A DNA stretch of 64,000 nucleotides from Thermodesulfovibrionales bacterium (GTDB taxonomy: Bacteria > Nitrospirota > Thermodesulfovibrionia > Thermodesulfovibrionales > SM23-35). The position numbers and the translations under genes were made by a program. This document shows, one piece after another, positions 10,006-19,160 of the stretch. Every line of letters starts with the position of its first letter. Within the stretch, counting starts at the first letter, position 1. The DNA is taken from positions 92,246 through 156,245 of the forward strand of contig CAVSHJ010000005.1 in NCBI GenBank assembly GCA_963727725.1, in the 5' to 3' direction. The notes beneath the pieces were generated by a model. It saw nothing but the letters and a program-made list of their open reading frames with translations, did no database searches and was not told the origin of the DNA.

Positions 10006-11052
10006 TCAGTACCCTGTCATCTCGATATACGCCCTTCCCTTTACTGAACCCTCCACTTTGCAGGCGCCCTCCCAATAATAGTTTCCGGTCGAATCATATG
10101 CGAGGACTTCCTGGTCTTCCAGAAGAGGGATAATCCTCACGACCAGCTTTTCAGACGGTATCCTTATTTCCCATTCCGACGGATATCTTGCGCCCGTGCT
10201 CCTGGATGTGTACCGCGCTAAAACGTTCACCGAAAAATCATCATTTGAAATACGCCTGTACTTCCCATCCGGATAGATAAATGTCCCGGATGAATAAGGA
10301 TCAATCGAACCATCCTTGTTCCTCAATATGTACAACATTATTTCACTCCTGCTGTCAAGCTGTATCGCAAACCAGTCCCATCCCGCCTGTCGTCTCCCCA
10401 ACCCTCTTGAAGATATTTCTCTGTCGAACCAACTCTTGCCCTTCACTTTGAAGACTCTATTGCCCATTTTCAGTTTCCCCTGTGTTTCCAGATTTGTATA
10501 AGAGAAATAGAGAGATGCTATGAGAGGCGACTCCTCTGATTTTCTTGAATATCCATTTTCTCCGTTCAGAACGACGGGCTTAACCGGTATCAGCTGCAGG
10601 TCTATCGCTTTGTCTTCGTCCGAAGCCCTGATATGCATTTTACCGGTCGTGCCATCCAGCACATTCTGTCCAGTCCATACATCCAGCCGGTCATCCTTTG
10701 CACCGGCAAAATCATATACTCCCGTCTCCGCTTTATCGGAGAAAAGAAACCTGTTCCCTGCTATGTCAGAGACTGCAAAGTGTGAGATATAGATACGGTT
10801 CACACCGAATCGTGACCTGTAATTCCTCTTCTGGATATTCACGGTAAAAAAAGTCAGCTCATATCCGAATTCCCGTCCATCCGGATCAAAAAGATGCCCT
10901 GTAAAATACCACCACTGGACCCTGTAATCCTTTTTAAAGAAAAAATCTTCCGGAAATTGCGGTCTGGAACCCTTCGTAACGTCAAGGTACTCCTGCGCCT
11001 GAGAAACAGAGCAAAAGCATATAAGAAAAAATATCGCGACAAGCCTTTTCAT
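10006..11052 (-). CDS. Secreted AttH-like protein (CrtC/lipocalin-type domain, COG5621-like)
   Basis: Signal peptide, then FPEDFFFKKDYRVQWWYFTGHL, which resembles the FPxDHGxHxxxxxEWWY motif of AttH. It sits next to an FtsX-type ABC pair, as in attEFGH. Confidence 0.7.
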   Translation of the reverse strand: MKRLVAIFFLICFCSVSQAQEYLDVTKGSRPQFPEDFFFKKDYRVQWWYFTGHLFDPDGREFGYELTFFTVNIQKRNYRSRFGVNRIYISHFAVSDIAGNRFLFSDKAETGVYDFAGAKDDRLDVWTGQNVLDGTTGKMHIRASDEDKAIDLQLIPVKPVVLNGENGYSRKSEESPLIASLYFSYTNLETQGKLKMGNRVFKVKGKSWFDREISSRGLGRRQAGWDWFAIQLDSRSEIMLYILRNKDGSIDPYSSGTFIYPDGKYRRISNDDFSVNVLARYTSRSTGARYPSEWEIRIPSEKLVVRIIPLLEDQEVLAYDSTGNYYWEGACKVEGSVKGRAYIEMTGY

Positions 11053-11198
11053 GAGTTATTCATTCTATTATAGATAACCCTTTATCCGTTTGACAGGCGC
11101 GATATGTTGCCTGACAGGAATCCGCCTTTGTTGTCAGCACCTCATGCTTTCCGTAAAAATAAGTTCTATAATAATCGCAAGAGTTAGGTTATCTTGAG

Positions 11199-11990
11199 AT
11201 GAACATTGATACACTCAGATCTATCGGGAAGAAACTGCTGAAAGAAATTCCTCCGGTCAACAGATTTTCTAAAACCGCTATCGGCATAGGCGCTTCCGGC
11301 GACAAGACCTATCCGATAGATAAAATTGCAGAGGATATCGTCCTCTCGGGACTTGAAGAATCAGGAGAAGCGCTTTCAATCATCTCCGAAGAGATCGGCA
11401 TTAAGGATATAAACGGCGGAGGCAGGAAGATTCTAATAGACCCCGTTGACGGAAGCAGAAATGCGGTGTCGGGTATCCCTTTTTACTGCACCTCAATAGC
11501 AGTTGTGAATGGCAATTCAGTGGGTGATATTGAGCTTTCCTATGTCCTGAACCTTATAAACGGCGATGAATTCTACGCTGAGAAAGACGGAGGCGCATTC
11601 CTGAACGGTGAAAGGATTATGACTCAGAGGGATGATGAATTCTATCTCGTCGCATATGAGGCACAGTCTCCGCAGAAAGACGTTCCCACGATAATGCCGC
11701 TACTGTCAAAAGCAAGAAAGACGCGATGCCTTGGTTCCACCGCCCTTGATCTCGCGTACCTCGCGTATGGTGCGATCAGTGTCTTTGCCAACCCTTCACC
11801 TTCAAGAAGTTTTGATTTCGCAGGCGGATGGCTGCTCGTGAAAGAGGCGGGCGGGATTTTTACGGATATGAAAGGCAATGCTATCGAGACAGTTGAAGTC
11901 AGCCTCAGAAAATCCACTCCGCTTCTCGTATCGGGTAATAAGAGCCTTCACGAGAAGGCATTGACACTGCTCGGCAAAACGGCAAGGTGA
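11199..11990 (+). CDS. Inositol monophosphatase / fructose-1,6-bisphosphatase family protein
   Basis: Motifs IDPVDGSRNA and FDFAGGWLLVKEAGG of the IMPase superfamily. Confidence 0.85.
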   Translation: MNIDTLRSIGKKLLKEIPPVNRFSKTAIGIGASGDKTYPIDKIAEDIVLSGLEESGEALSIISEEIGIKDINGGGRKILIDPVDGSRNAVSGIPFYCTSIAVVNGNSVGDIELSYVLNLINGDEFYAEKDGGAFLNGERIMTQRDDEFYLVAYEAQSPQKDVPTIMPLLSKARKTRCLGSTALDLAYLAYGAISVFANPSPSRSFDFAGGWLLVKEAGGIFTDMKGNAIETVEVSLRKSTPLLVSGNKSLHEKALTLLGKTAR

Positions 11991-12141
11991 GCAGGTTTTC
12001 GATGCCTCTTGTCCGTTTCGTTTAGGGGCCTCAGCGACCCGTAGCGTGGTTATGACGGTCGGTGCTTGTGTGCCGATCCGGGCCCTCGTTGAAAAAGGCG
12101 TAATGTCGAAAATGTTTGCAACGCGTACATTACTCGTTACC

Positions 12142-12171
12142 TTGACGAATTGTCCGGGAACATGATATCCT
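12142..12171 (+). promoter_or_regulatory. Relic csp-type promoter TTGACG-N18-TATCCT
   Basis: Aligns base for base with the promoter of the intact csp (TTGACT-N17-TATGCT), including the shared CATGATAT block. Confidence 0.45.
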
Positions 12172-12263
12172 TTTAGCAATCCTGGAAGTTTTTGCATTTA
12201 CACGAAGCCACATAGATTCCTAGCTTTGTAGCTTTTTTGTTGAGTCCTCCTGAGGTGAGCAAG

Positions 12264-12416
12264 ATGACACAAGGCACTGCAGCGGTAACATCTTTGTTTA
12301 TCATGCATCCATCCATCCTTGGCACTGGATTCGGGACCCTTGCTGAGGTGACAACATCAGCTTTGAACCGAAAAGAGCCCGAAAGACCCGGAGCAATTAA
12401 TGTAGTTAAAAATTAA
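12264..12416 (+). pseudogene. Decayed cold-shock-protein paralog (RNP1 region deleted, ORF still open, 50 codons)
   Basis: SD GAGGTG. The start ATGACACAAGGCACTG is almost identical to the csp start. Protein LFIMHPSILGTGFGTLAE...AINVVKN aligns with csp [18 protein letters not shown]...AINVVKL. It lacks the KGFGFI segment. Confidence 0.7.
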
Positions 12417-12470
12417 TGTACGATAGGGATCCCCCCTGATGAACAGGGTGCTCCTCTACAAAGAGGTAAA

Positions 12471-12860
12471 ATGTCATTCAGACAAAATTATCTGGAAAAA
12501 ATAGAACTGAGAAGACAACACAGGATGGCAGCTGGTTTAGTCTCTGAATGCTTTCCTGAAGTCTCGGACATCGTAGTTCGTATGACATACTACCAGAGGG
12601 CGATAAATCCGGTCCTGATGATTCGAACTGTAAATTTCTGGCCATCTCGATATGCCTATTTTAATATGGATTGCATGATAAAAGGCTGTACTGACGGCGG
12701 CTTTGATCTGACTTCAGTGATTTCTAAAATGGTCAAGAACCATAAGAAGTCCACAAAAGGGCAGCTTTTTTGCAATGGCAATATCAACGCCCTTGCCCAT
12801 GGCCATGCAACTGTTGCTTATCAAATTACTGTAAGGTACAACAAGAGCAATAAGAATTGA
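12471..12860 (+). CDS. Hypothetical Cys/His-rich protein (129 aa), no recognisable family
   Basis: ORF with an AGAGG SD. Motifs DCMIKGC...FCNGN...HGH. GC is lower than the flanks by eye. Confidence 0.55.
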   Translation: MSFRQNYLEKIELRRQHRMAAGLVSECFPEVSDIVVRMTYYQRAINPVLMIRTVNFWPSRYAYFNMDCMIKGCTDGGFDLTSVISKMVKNHKKSTKGQLFCNGNINALAHGHATVAYQITVRYNKSNKN

Positions 12861-12882
12861 AGACATTTAAAGGAAGCTTTAT

Positions 12883-13107
12883 ATGGGCAAACTGAAAAGA
12901 GTTAACTATCCTTGTAAACTTTTAGGGAAAAAGGTTCAACTGACTTTGGAATACGTCCAGCACACCATTGGTATTAAACCTTCCTTAGTAGGTTTTCAGT
13001 GTGATGATTGCAGCACCTGCGGCGTGGGCAACGAGGAACGTCCGGGAATTTGGACTTTTGATTGGTCTAAGTGCGTGCAGCCGGATATTGCGAACAGAAA
13101 TACTTAA
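12883..13107 (+). CDS. Hypothetical Cys-rich protein (74 aa), no recognisable family
   Basis: AAGGAAG SD 6 nt before the ATG, 22 nt after the previous stop. Motif FQCDDCSTCG...SKC. Confidence 0.5.
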   Translation: MGKLKRVNYPCKLLGKKVQLTLEYVQHTIGIKPSLVGFQCDDCSTCGVGNEERPGIWTFDWSKCVQPDIANRNT

Positions 13108-13320
13108 AAGTTGATTAGCTTCTGTCTGAAATTTAAAAGATTTGGTCTGCAAGATTTCTTATCTATAAGAAAAAACACTTATCATATATGCCCTATCTTG
13201 TCTGGAGCGCGTTCCTGAAACGACAGCTTTGAGATGAATACGTTCAAGACGCGATGGGAGCTGACAGGGAGAATAGAAAGAGAAGGCTCCCTCCACCGGA
13301 GGAAGCCTTCCTCAGCTATA

Positions 13321-13521
13321 TTAGAGTTTGACGACGTTGATTGCTTTGGGACCTTTAGGGCCCTGTTCGGTATCAAAGCTGACCTTGTCACCCTCGGCAA
13401 GGCTCTTAAATCCAGAGCCCTGGATGGACGTATGGTGGACAAAGACATCACTGTTGTCTTCAGCAGTAATGAAGCCAAAACCTTTGCTGTCATTGAACCA
13501 TTTCACAGTTCCTTGTGTCAT
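13321..13521 (-). CDS. cspA: Cold-shock protein (CspA family)
   Basis: [18 protein letters not shown] (RNP1) and VFVHH (RNP2). AAGGAGG SD. The track start at 13542 lies inside the SD region, so the real start is 13521. Confidence 0.96.
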   Translation of the reverse strand: MTQGTVKWFNDSKGFGFITAEDNSDVFVHHTSIQGSGFKSLAEGDKVSFDTEQGPKGPKAINVVKL

Positions 13522-13571
13522 TTTGTTTACCTCCTTATGCATAAACTAAAATCTCAGAAGGAACTCAATAA

Positions 13572-13607
13572 AAGAGGCCACAAAGCTAAAAGTCTTTGTG
13601 GCCTCTT
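13572..13607 (-). promoter_or_regulatory. 14-bp leader hairpin followed by a U-rich tract in the csp 5' UTR (attenuator or terminator-like)
   Basis: AAGAGGCCACAAAG-acttttag-CTTTGTGGCCTCTT, then TTATTGAGTT on the minus strand. It lies between the promoter and the SD. Confidence 0.55.
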
Positions 13608-13639
13608 GTGAACGCAAAAACTTCTAAAATCTTGTTCTT

Positions 13640-13668
13640 AGCATATCATGCCTTTATCGGATAGTCAA
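13640..13668 (-). promoter_or_regulatory. csp sigma70-type promoter TTGACT-N17-TATGCT
   Basis: Read on the minus strand. It gives a leader of roughly 110 nt. Confidence 0.6.
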
Positions 13669-13931
13669 GGCAATTCGATAATGGGTAGTATCCTAATTTA
13701 GGACACTACACGATAATGACAGCATATCCGGCGGAGAATCGGCTATGCTTTCTTTAAAGACTTCCAACTGAAAACATAAAAGCAGGATAATCTGTTATAC
13801 TCAAATGTACTCAAAACATATATAGAAGAGGAATGGTCGGATCGGGAAACTGATAAGCTGATTTCATTGCTATGGGGTCTGAGATAACAATTTGAAAGAA
13901 ATTATTTACGGAAGAAATCAAAGGAATTGCT

Positions 13932-14411
13932 ATGAATAATGAAGAACTGTTTGAAGCTGCAGAGAAGGGTAATCGCTCAAAGGTGAAGGTCCTCTTGAAA
14001 ACGGGTATTGATGTGAACTCAAGGGATATGATCGGGCAAAGCGCTTTAAGCAGAGCTCTGTTTGCCGGACATAACAGCATCGTAAGAATATTATTGGAAA
14101 GAGGCGCCAATATAAACGCAAAAGACGATTTCGGAGAGGCCGCTTTGCATAAGGCCTGCTATTTAGGTCGAAACGATGTTGTCAAGTTGCTGCTGGATAA
14201 TAAAGCGGATGTCAACGTAACGGATGCCCAGGGCAATACCTCCCTCATTATAGCTTCCGAAATGGAAGATAGTTCAATCGCAAAATTATTATTAAAGGGC
14301 AAAGCTGACATCCACTTAAAAAACGACAACGGTAATACAGCCTTGAGTATGGCCAGAAGATTAGAGCACACAGCGATGGTGTCATTGTTCAATCAACATC
14401 TCCTCCTCTGA
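13932..14411 (+). CDS. Ankyrin-repeat protein (four repeats)
   Basis: Repeats of the type G.TALH.A...GH..VV.LLL..GA..N. No signal peptide. Confidence 0.88.
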   Translation: MNNEELFEAAEKGNRSKVKVLLKTGIDVNSRDMIGQSALSRALFAGHNSIVRILLERGANINAKDDFGEAALHKACYLGRNDVVKLLLDNKADVNVTDAQGNTSLIIASEMEDSSIAKLLLKGKADIHLKNDNGNTALSMARRLEHTAMVSLFNQHLLL

Positions 14412-14440
14412 TTGATCCTGCTAAAATTACTTTTTATCCC

Positions 14441-15457
14441 TCAACCCTGCACCGTACCGCCTGTATCAGTCCCCTCTATCTTTTCCCCTTCCTCAGAAGG
14501 TTCGGACACGGGACTCCCGGCAGACGGTTCAGCCTGCCCGGCGGGCTCCGCAGGAAATTCCGTCGAGTAGTAATAAGCGAATATCGCGGCGATGATTATT
14601 AGGCCCAGATATGTTTGGAAGATATAAGAGATAAGCTGATACGGGAAGGACAGAATTGTACCTACGATAGGTATTAACGTGAATGGATAGCTGAGGAGGA
14701 TGAGAAGAAAGAAGGCGACTAGATATCCAAGGAAAAGGACGGCGTAGAGCCAGAATGCGTTAGGGTTTCTGATCAGATAACGGGTTGCCTCCCTGACTGA
14801 TTTCGCAGGTCCTGTATCTTTAAAAAACAGGGCAGCCATTCCATAAAGTGCGACTGAAAGGATCCCGAGTATAAGGAAAAGAGCGATAACGAACAATATC
14901 AAGGAAAAGAAAGTGCCGAAGAAGAGGGCGAGCGTCGAATCCTGAGTCTGCGCGAATGATACCAGAGCCGCGATACCTCCTCCCAGAATGCCAAGGAAAA
15001 AAAAGGCGACGATGGAAATAACACCTATTACGGATGTGAAGCCGAGTAAGCGGAGAAAAAGCCTCTTCGCTTCATCAAAGAATATACCCATATGGAATTT
15101 CAGTGACCTGTCACTCAGCGACCTTCCGATGATGCCTATCGAGCCGCCGAAAATATAGATACCGAGTAACGCGACCAGGAGAACATATAACAGGATGCTC
15201 GTCAGAATGATGAGGACGAGTCCAAGATATCTCGATAGAATATCGGAAGGCCCCCTGAGCATGCCCAGGATATCCCTCACGTCCGTTAACCCTGTGAGGT
15301 CAATTCCGAATATGATGAATGCTATGGCAAGAGGCAAGCCCACTATTATGAAGGCTCCGATGGCGCTTATAAACACCATGCTGATCTGAATAAGCACAAG
15401 CTGCCAGTTCCTGTTCACTAACCTGAAACCGTCTCTTATCGCCTCAATGAAAGTCAT
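14441..15457 (-). CDS. Polytopic membrane protein with acidic, Pro-rich C-terminal tail
   Basis: About eight hydrophobic helices, then the tail EFPAEPAGQAEPSAGSPVSEPSEEGEK. Confidence 0.7.
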   Translation of the reverse strand: MTFIEAIRDGFRLVNRNWQLVLIQISMVFISAIGAFIIVGLPLAIAFIIFGIDLTGLTDVRDILGMLRGPSDILSRYLGLVLIILTSILLYVLLVALLGIYIFGGSIGIIGRSLSDRSLKFHMGIFFDEAKRLFLRLLGFTSVIGVISIVAFFFLGILGGGIAALVSFAQTQDSTLALFFGTFFSLILFVIALFLILGILSVALYGMAALFFKDTGPAKSVREATRYLIRNPNAFWLYAVLFLGYLVAFFLLILLSYPFTLIPIVGTILSFPYQLISYIFQTYLGLIIIAAIFAYYYSTEFPAEPAGQAEPSAGSPVSEPSEEGEKIEGTDTGGTVQG

Positions 15458-15567
15458 TCATATCCTCTTCGGAGTTCTTACGCAATAACGCTTTCCGGTA
15501 ACTATGCCGTATCCCCCTCAAGCCTGTTGTATTGAACAAAGTATACCACATTCTCTGCTCTCACCCT

Positions 15568-16911
15568 TTATTTCAACCTGAGAGCAATCCCCCTTGCGAA
15601 GTCCGCCAAAGATTCATCACGCGCCCCGAAGACTATGTAGTTATCCCATTCATTAATGCGCTGAAAGAGCAGCGTTCTTTCGCGCAGGACCTCCGCTGAT
15701 TTACCGGCTCTCCTGATTTCGTCCGATAAGTCTTCGCTTGAGATGTCCTTTATCGATGTGCCGCCGGTATAATATATCGGAAGTAACATCAGGTGATCCT
15801 CCCTGCGGAGATTTTGTGTAAACGCCCCGATATACCCCTGTTTCATCAGGCGGGTAGGCCCGAAACCATGAGGCTGAAAGACGTAACAGACCCTGTTACG
15901 GATTCCCATCACGGTTTCCATAAGAGATGATATCTTATGGGGGTTATGGGCATAATCATCCACAACGAGATGCCTGCCGTCATTAAGATAGATATCAAAA
16001 CGCCGCTCAATGCCCGAAAAATCGGGAAGTACACGTGCAATATCCCGGAGTGAAATTCCCATCTCCGAAAGCAGAGCAATACATGAAAGGGCGTTATAGA
16101 GATTGTATTTCCCCGGCAGGGAAAGCCTGAAGGATACATCATGCAGCATGAAACTTGTGCAGAAAGGCTGATGTTCAATAACCTTTGCCTGATATTCCGA
16201 ACCGGCATCTATGGAGAATCCCGTCGCTTTCCTGAAACGGCACCGACTCAGATTCCTGTCATCCCGGTTGATGACCACAATCTCTTTTGTGTTTCCGCCG
16301 AGAGTCTCGAACATCCGGGCAGTCTGCTCAATCGAGTTATGGTCGAGATCGAGGTTGGCAATAATCGAATGTAAAGGGTGATAGCGAACGATGGAACCGT
16401 CTGACTCGCAGGCTTCCACTACCAGGAGGTCCGATTTCCCGGCCAGAGCATTGCCAAGGTCGCTCCCGTCCCTGAACTGTTTCACCCTGCCACCGCCTAT
16501 AAAGTTGGGTTCCAGACCAAGTCTCTTAAGAAGGAACGCGAGCATGCCTGCGCTCGTAGATTTCCCGCTTGTGCCGGCAACAGCGACTGTATTAAACTCC
16601 GTCACCAGCTCACTCAGATACTCCGGACGGCTTTTCATAATGATGCCCATTTGCCTCGCTCTTCTTACCTCGGGTTGATCGTCCTCAACGGCCGTGCTGA
16701 AAACCGCGAAATCAAGCGACGCGTCAATGCCCGTGCCGTCCTGGGGCACAATGGTTATACCCTTGCCTTTTAAAATATTGCAGATCGGATGATCAGGATT
16801 TCTGTCGAATAAACGGTCTGAACCGGCAACGGTATGTCCGCGGTCTGCCACAAAACTTGCGATGGCTGAAACTCCGCTGCCGCCGATGCCTGAAAAAAAA
16901 ATTCTTGACAT
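15568..16911 (-). CDS. Mur ligase family protein (MurC/Mpl-like)
   Basis: N-terminal GIGGSGVSAIA...GSD Rossmann motif and P-loop GTSGKSTS. It is not in a dcw-type context. Confidence 0.8.
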   Translation of the reverse strand: MSRIFFSGIGGSGVSAIASFVADRGHTVAGSDRLFDRNPDHPICNILKGKGITIVPQDGTGIDASLDFAVFSTAVEDDQPEVRRARQMGIIMKSRPEYLSELVTEFNTVAVAGTSGKSTSAGMLAFLLKRLGLEPNFIGGGRVKQFRDGSDLGNALAGKSDLLVVEACESDGSIVRYHPLHSIIANLDLDHNSIEQTARMFETLGGNTKEIVVINRDDRNLSRCRFRKATGFSIDAGSEYQAKVIEHQPFCTSFMLHDVSFRLSLPGKYNLYNALSCIALLSEMGISLRDIARVLPDFSGIERRFDIYLNDGRHLVVDDYAHNPHKISSLMETVMGIRNRVCYVFQPHGFGPTRLMKQGYIGAFTQNLRREDHLMLLPIYYTGGTSIKDISSEDLSDEIRRAGKSAEVLRERTLLFQRINEWDNYIVFGARDESLADFARGIALRLK

Positions 16912-17012
16912 GAATTTTTATTCTAAGACAAATGCATGCAAAGAGCAAAGATGGGTTGATAAATGACCTTCGGAGGGGGTATATTATTAGTTAAAATTTT
17001 GGGAGGTGTATT

Positions 17013-17357
17013 GTGTTTATGGATCTTATAGATACGGCGTATGCAATGGGGCCGACACCGGGGGGAGCCGGGCAAAGTGGCCCGGGGGGACTTTTGGGTA
17101 GCCTTATACCCCTTGTCCTCATATTTGTTATCTTTTATTTCCTGCTCATAAGGCCGCAGCAGAAAAGGACAAAAGAACACAAGACCATGATTGACAGCCT
17201 CAAAAAGGGGGACAAGATTGTCACGTCAGGCGGTATCTACGGGGTAATCGAGGCCGTTGGTACAAATACTGTCACCATCAAGATCGCCGAAAATGTGAAG
17301 GTTAAAATCGGCAAGGCTTATGTTGCAACGCTGAGAGCAGGTGCGGATGAAGATTGA
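17013..17357 (+). CDS. yajC: Preprotein translocase subunit YajC
   Basis: LIPLVLIFVIFYFLLIRPQQKR...KGDKIVTSGGIYG. GGGAGG SD before the GTG start. Confidence 0.93.
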   Translation: MFMDLIDTAYAMGPTPGGAGQSGPGGLLGSLIPLVLIFVIFYFLLIRPQQKRTKEHKTMIDSLKKGDKIVTSGGIYGVIEAVGTNTVTIKIAENVKVKIGKAYVATLRAGADED

Positions 17358-17390
17358 ATAGAATCTGTCCATAAACGAAGTGTATTTGCC

Positions 17391-17427
17391 GTTCCCGCAC
17401 TCCGCCTGAGGCGGACGGAATGACAGC
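17391..17427. repeat. Hairpin repeat unit (variant) containing the CACTCCGCCTGAGGCGGA module and ending GGAATGACAGC
   Basis: The 18-nt module is identical at 20153-20170. The tail resembles the GGAATGACGG end of the main repeat family. Confidence 0.6.
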
Positions 17428-17512
17428 AACTCATCGAGTTTATAAACAGATTCTGCCGACACGTTGAGTTTTGGGATAGCGTTCATTTTACTAATGATCT
17501 TAGGGAGGTTGC

Positions 17513-19135
17513 ATGAAAAAAAAGGTTCTCTGGAAATTGATCCTGATAGGCGTGACAGTCGTTCTTGCGGTCATCTTTTTCCTTCCCAACACGCCGGCCT
17601 TTAAATATATGCCTGAATGGTGGAAAACAACTATGCCTGACAAAGGCATAGTACTCGGCCTTGACCTTCAGGGCGGGTTACATCTTGTCTTCCAGGTCGA
17701 AGGAGATAAGGCTGTAGAGATAACTACAAGCAGATACGCAGCGAGATTGCGGGATCTCCTCGCAAAGAAAAAATTGACAGCCGACGTTAATGTAAGCGGT
17801 GCCGATATCACGATGAGTCCATCGAGTGCCGAGATAAGACAGGTGGTGGAAGATAACTTTCCCACCCTTGTACCGGCTGAGACAGGCAGCAAACTCGTAT
17901 ACAGAATTTCGGATAAAGAGGCTCGCAGGATAAAGGACAGCGCGGCTGAGCAGGCCCTCGAAACGATCCGTAACAGGATCGACCAGTTCGGCGTGGCAGA
18001 GCCGACAATTCTCAGGCAGGCCGAAAATGAGATTGTTGTCCAGCTTCCCGGCGTAAAAGACCCCAAACGCGCCATCGACCTCATCGGCAAGACCGCCCAG
18101 CTCGAATTCAAGCTCGTGGATGATGAATCCAAGGTCGCTGCTGAACTTCCTCAATCCATCGCGCCGGGCGAAGAAGAAGACCTTTTAACAAAGTTTGCCG
18201 GAAAGATTCCGCCCGATGACGAAATACTCTTCGAGAAAAGGATAAACAAGGAGACCGGTGTTGTCAGAAAGATACCGATTCTCCTGAAGAAACAGGCGGT
18301 CCTCACCGGAGACCTTCTGAGCGATGCAAAAGTGAATATTGATACAAGGTTCAGCGAGCCCTATGTCTCAATATCATTCAATGACGCGGGTGCAAAAGTC
18401 TTTGAAGAGATAACAGCCGAAAATGTCAAGAAGAGACTTGCGATAATCCTTGACAATACCGTCTATTCCGCCCCTGTTATACAGGAGAAGATATCGGGAG
18501 GCAACGCCCAGATAACAGGCCACTTCACAATGGAAGAAGCAAAAGACCTCAGCATCGTACTGAGGGCCGGCGCACTTCCTGCACCTCTTAAGATGCTTCA
18601 GAACGTGACCGTAGGTCCTTCACTCGGCATGGACTCTATAGAAGCAGGCAAAAGGGCGGGTCTTATCGGCACCATAGCAGTTATCATATTCATGATATTC
18701 TATTACCGGCTTTCAGGCGTAATCGCTGATTTTGCCTTGCTTTTGAATATAGTCCTGCTCCTCGGCGCAATGGCGTCACTTAACGCCACCCTGACCCTCC
18801 CGGGTATCGCAGGTATAATACTTGCTATCGGCATGGCAGTGGACTCGAATGTGCTTATGTTCGAGAGAATGCGTGATGAACTGAGGGCAGGCAAGACGCC
18901 GCGGTCTGCGGTCGATTCAGGATACGACAAGGCGTTCTGGACGATCTTCGACTCCCATGTTACCACACTGATAACAGCGGCGGTGCTGTTTCAGTTCGGC
19001 ACAGGCCCGATAAAAGGTTTTGCGGTGACACTGAGCCTCGGTGTTACGATAAACCTCTTTACTGCCCTTATCGGCACGAAGTCGGTCTTCGACATAATAA
19101 ACAGCAAACGCGACTTGAAGAAACTGAGCATATAG
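17513..19135 (+). CDS. secD: Protein translocase subunit SecD
   Basis: 540 aa with an N-terminal TM, a large periplasmic domain and a C-terminal six-TM block. yajC-secD-secF order. Confidence 0.95.
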   Translation: MKKKVLWKLILIGVTVVLAVIFFLPNTPAFKYMPEWWKTTMPDKGIVLGLDLQGGLHLVFQVEGDKAVEITTSRYAARLRDLLAKKKLTADVNVSGADITMSPSSAEIRQVVEDNFPTLVPAETGSKLVYRISDKEARRIKDSAAEQALETIRNRIDQFGVAEPTILRQAENEIVVQLPGVKDPKRAIDLIGKTAQLEFKLVDDESKVAAELPQSIAPGEEEDLLTKFAGKIPPDDEILFEKRINKETGVVRKIPILLKKQAVLTGDLLSDAKVNIDTRFSEPYVSISFNDAGAKVFEEITAENVKKRLAIILDNTVYSAPVIQEKISGGNAQITGHFTMEEAKDLSIVLRAGALPAPLKMLQNVTVGPSLGMDSIEAGKRAGLIGTIAVIIFMIFYYRLSGVIADFALLLNIVLLLGAMASLNATLTLPGIAGIILAIGMAVDSNVLMFERMRDELRAGKTPRSAVDSGYDKAFWTIFDSHVTTLITAAVLFQFGTGPIKGFAVTLSLGVTINLFTALIGTKSVFDIINSKRDLKKLSI

Positions 19136-19160
19136 ATAGATTTACCTCTAAGGAGAATGC

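Noticed and set aside
11802-12197. 131-aa minus-strand ORF spanning the IMPase 3' end and the region upstream of the csp relic.
   Set aside because: It overlaps a well-supported gene and the relic csp promoter and leader. It has no motifs. The region is better explained by the csp duplication.
12183-12345. Other sigma54-like strings: CTGGAAGTTTTTGCA at about 12183 and TTGGCACTGGATTCGGG at about 12332.
   Set aside because: The GG-to-GC spacing is 10 nt in the first, and the second has no GC at +12. Both lie inside the csp-relic leader or ORF.
13234-13611. 125-aa plus-strand ORF, with 13328-13549(+), antisense to csp.
   Set aside because: The minus strand encodes a textbook CspA with an SD and a promoter. 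The plus-strand ORFs are shadows.
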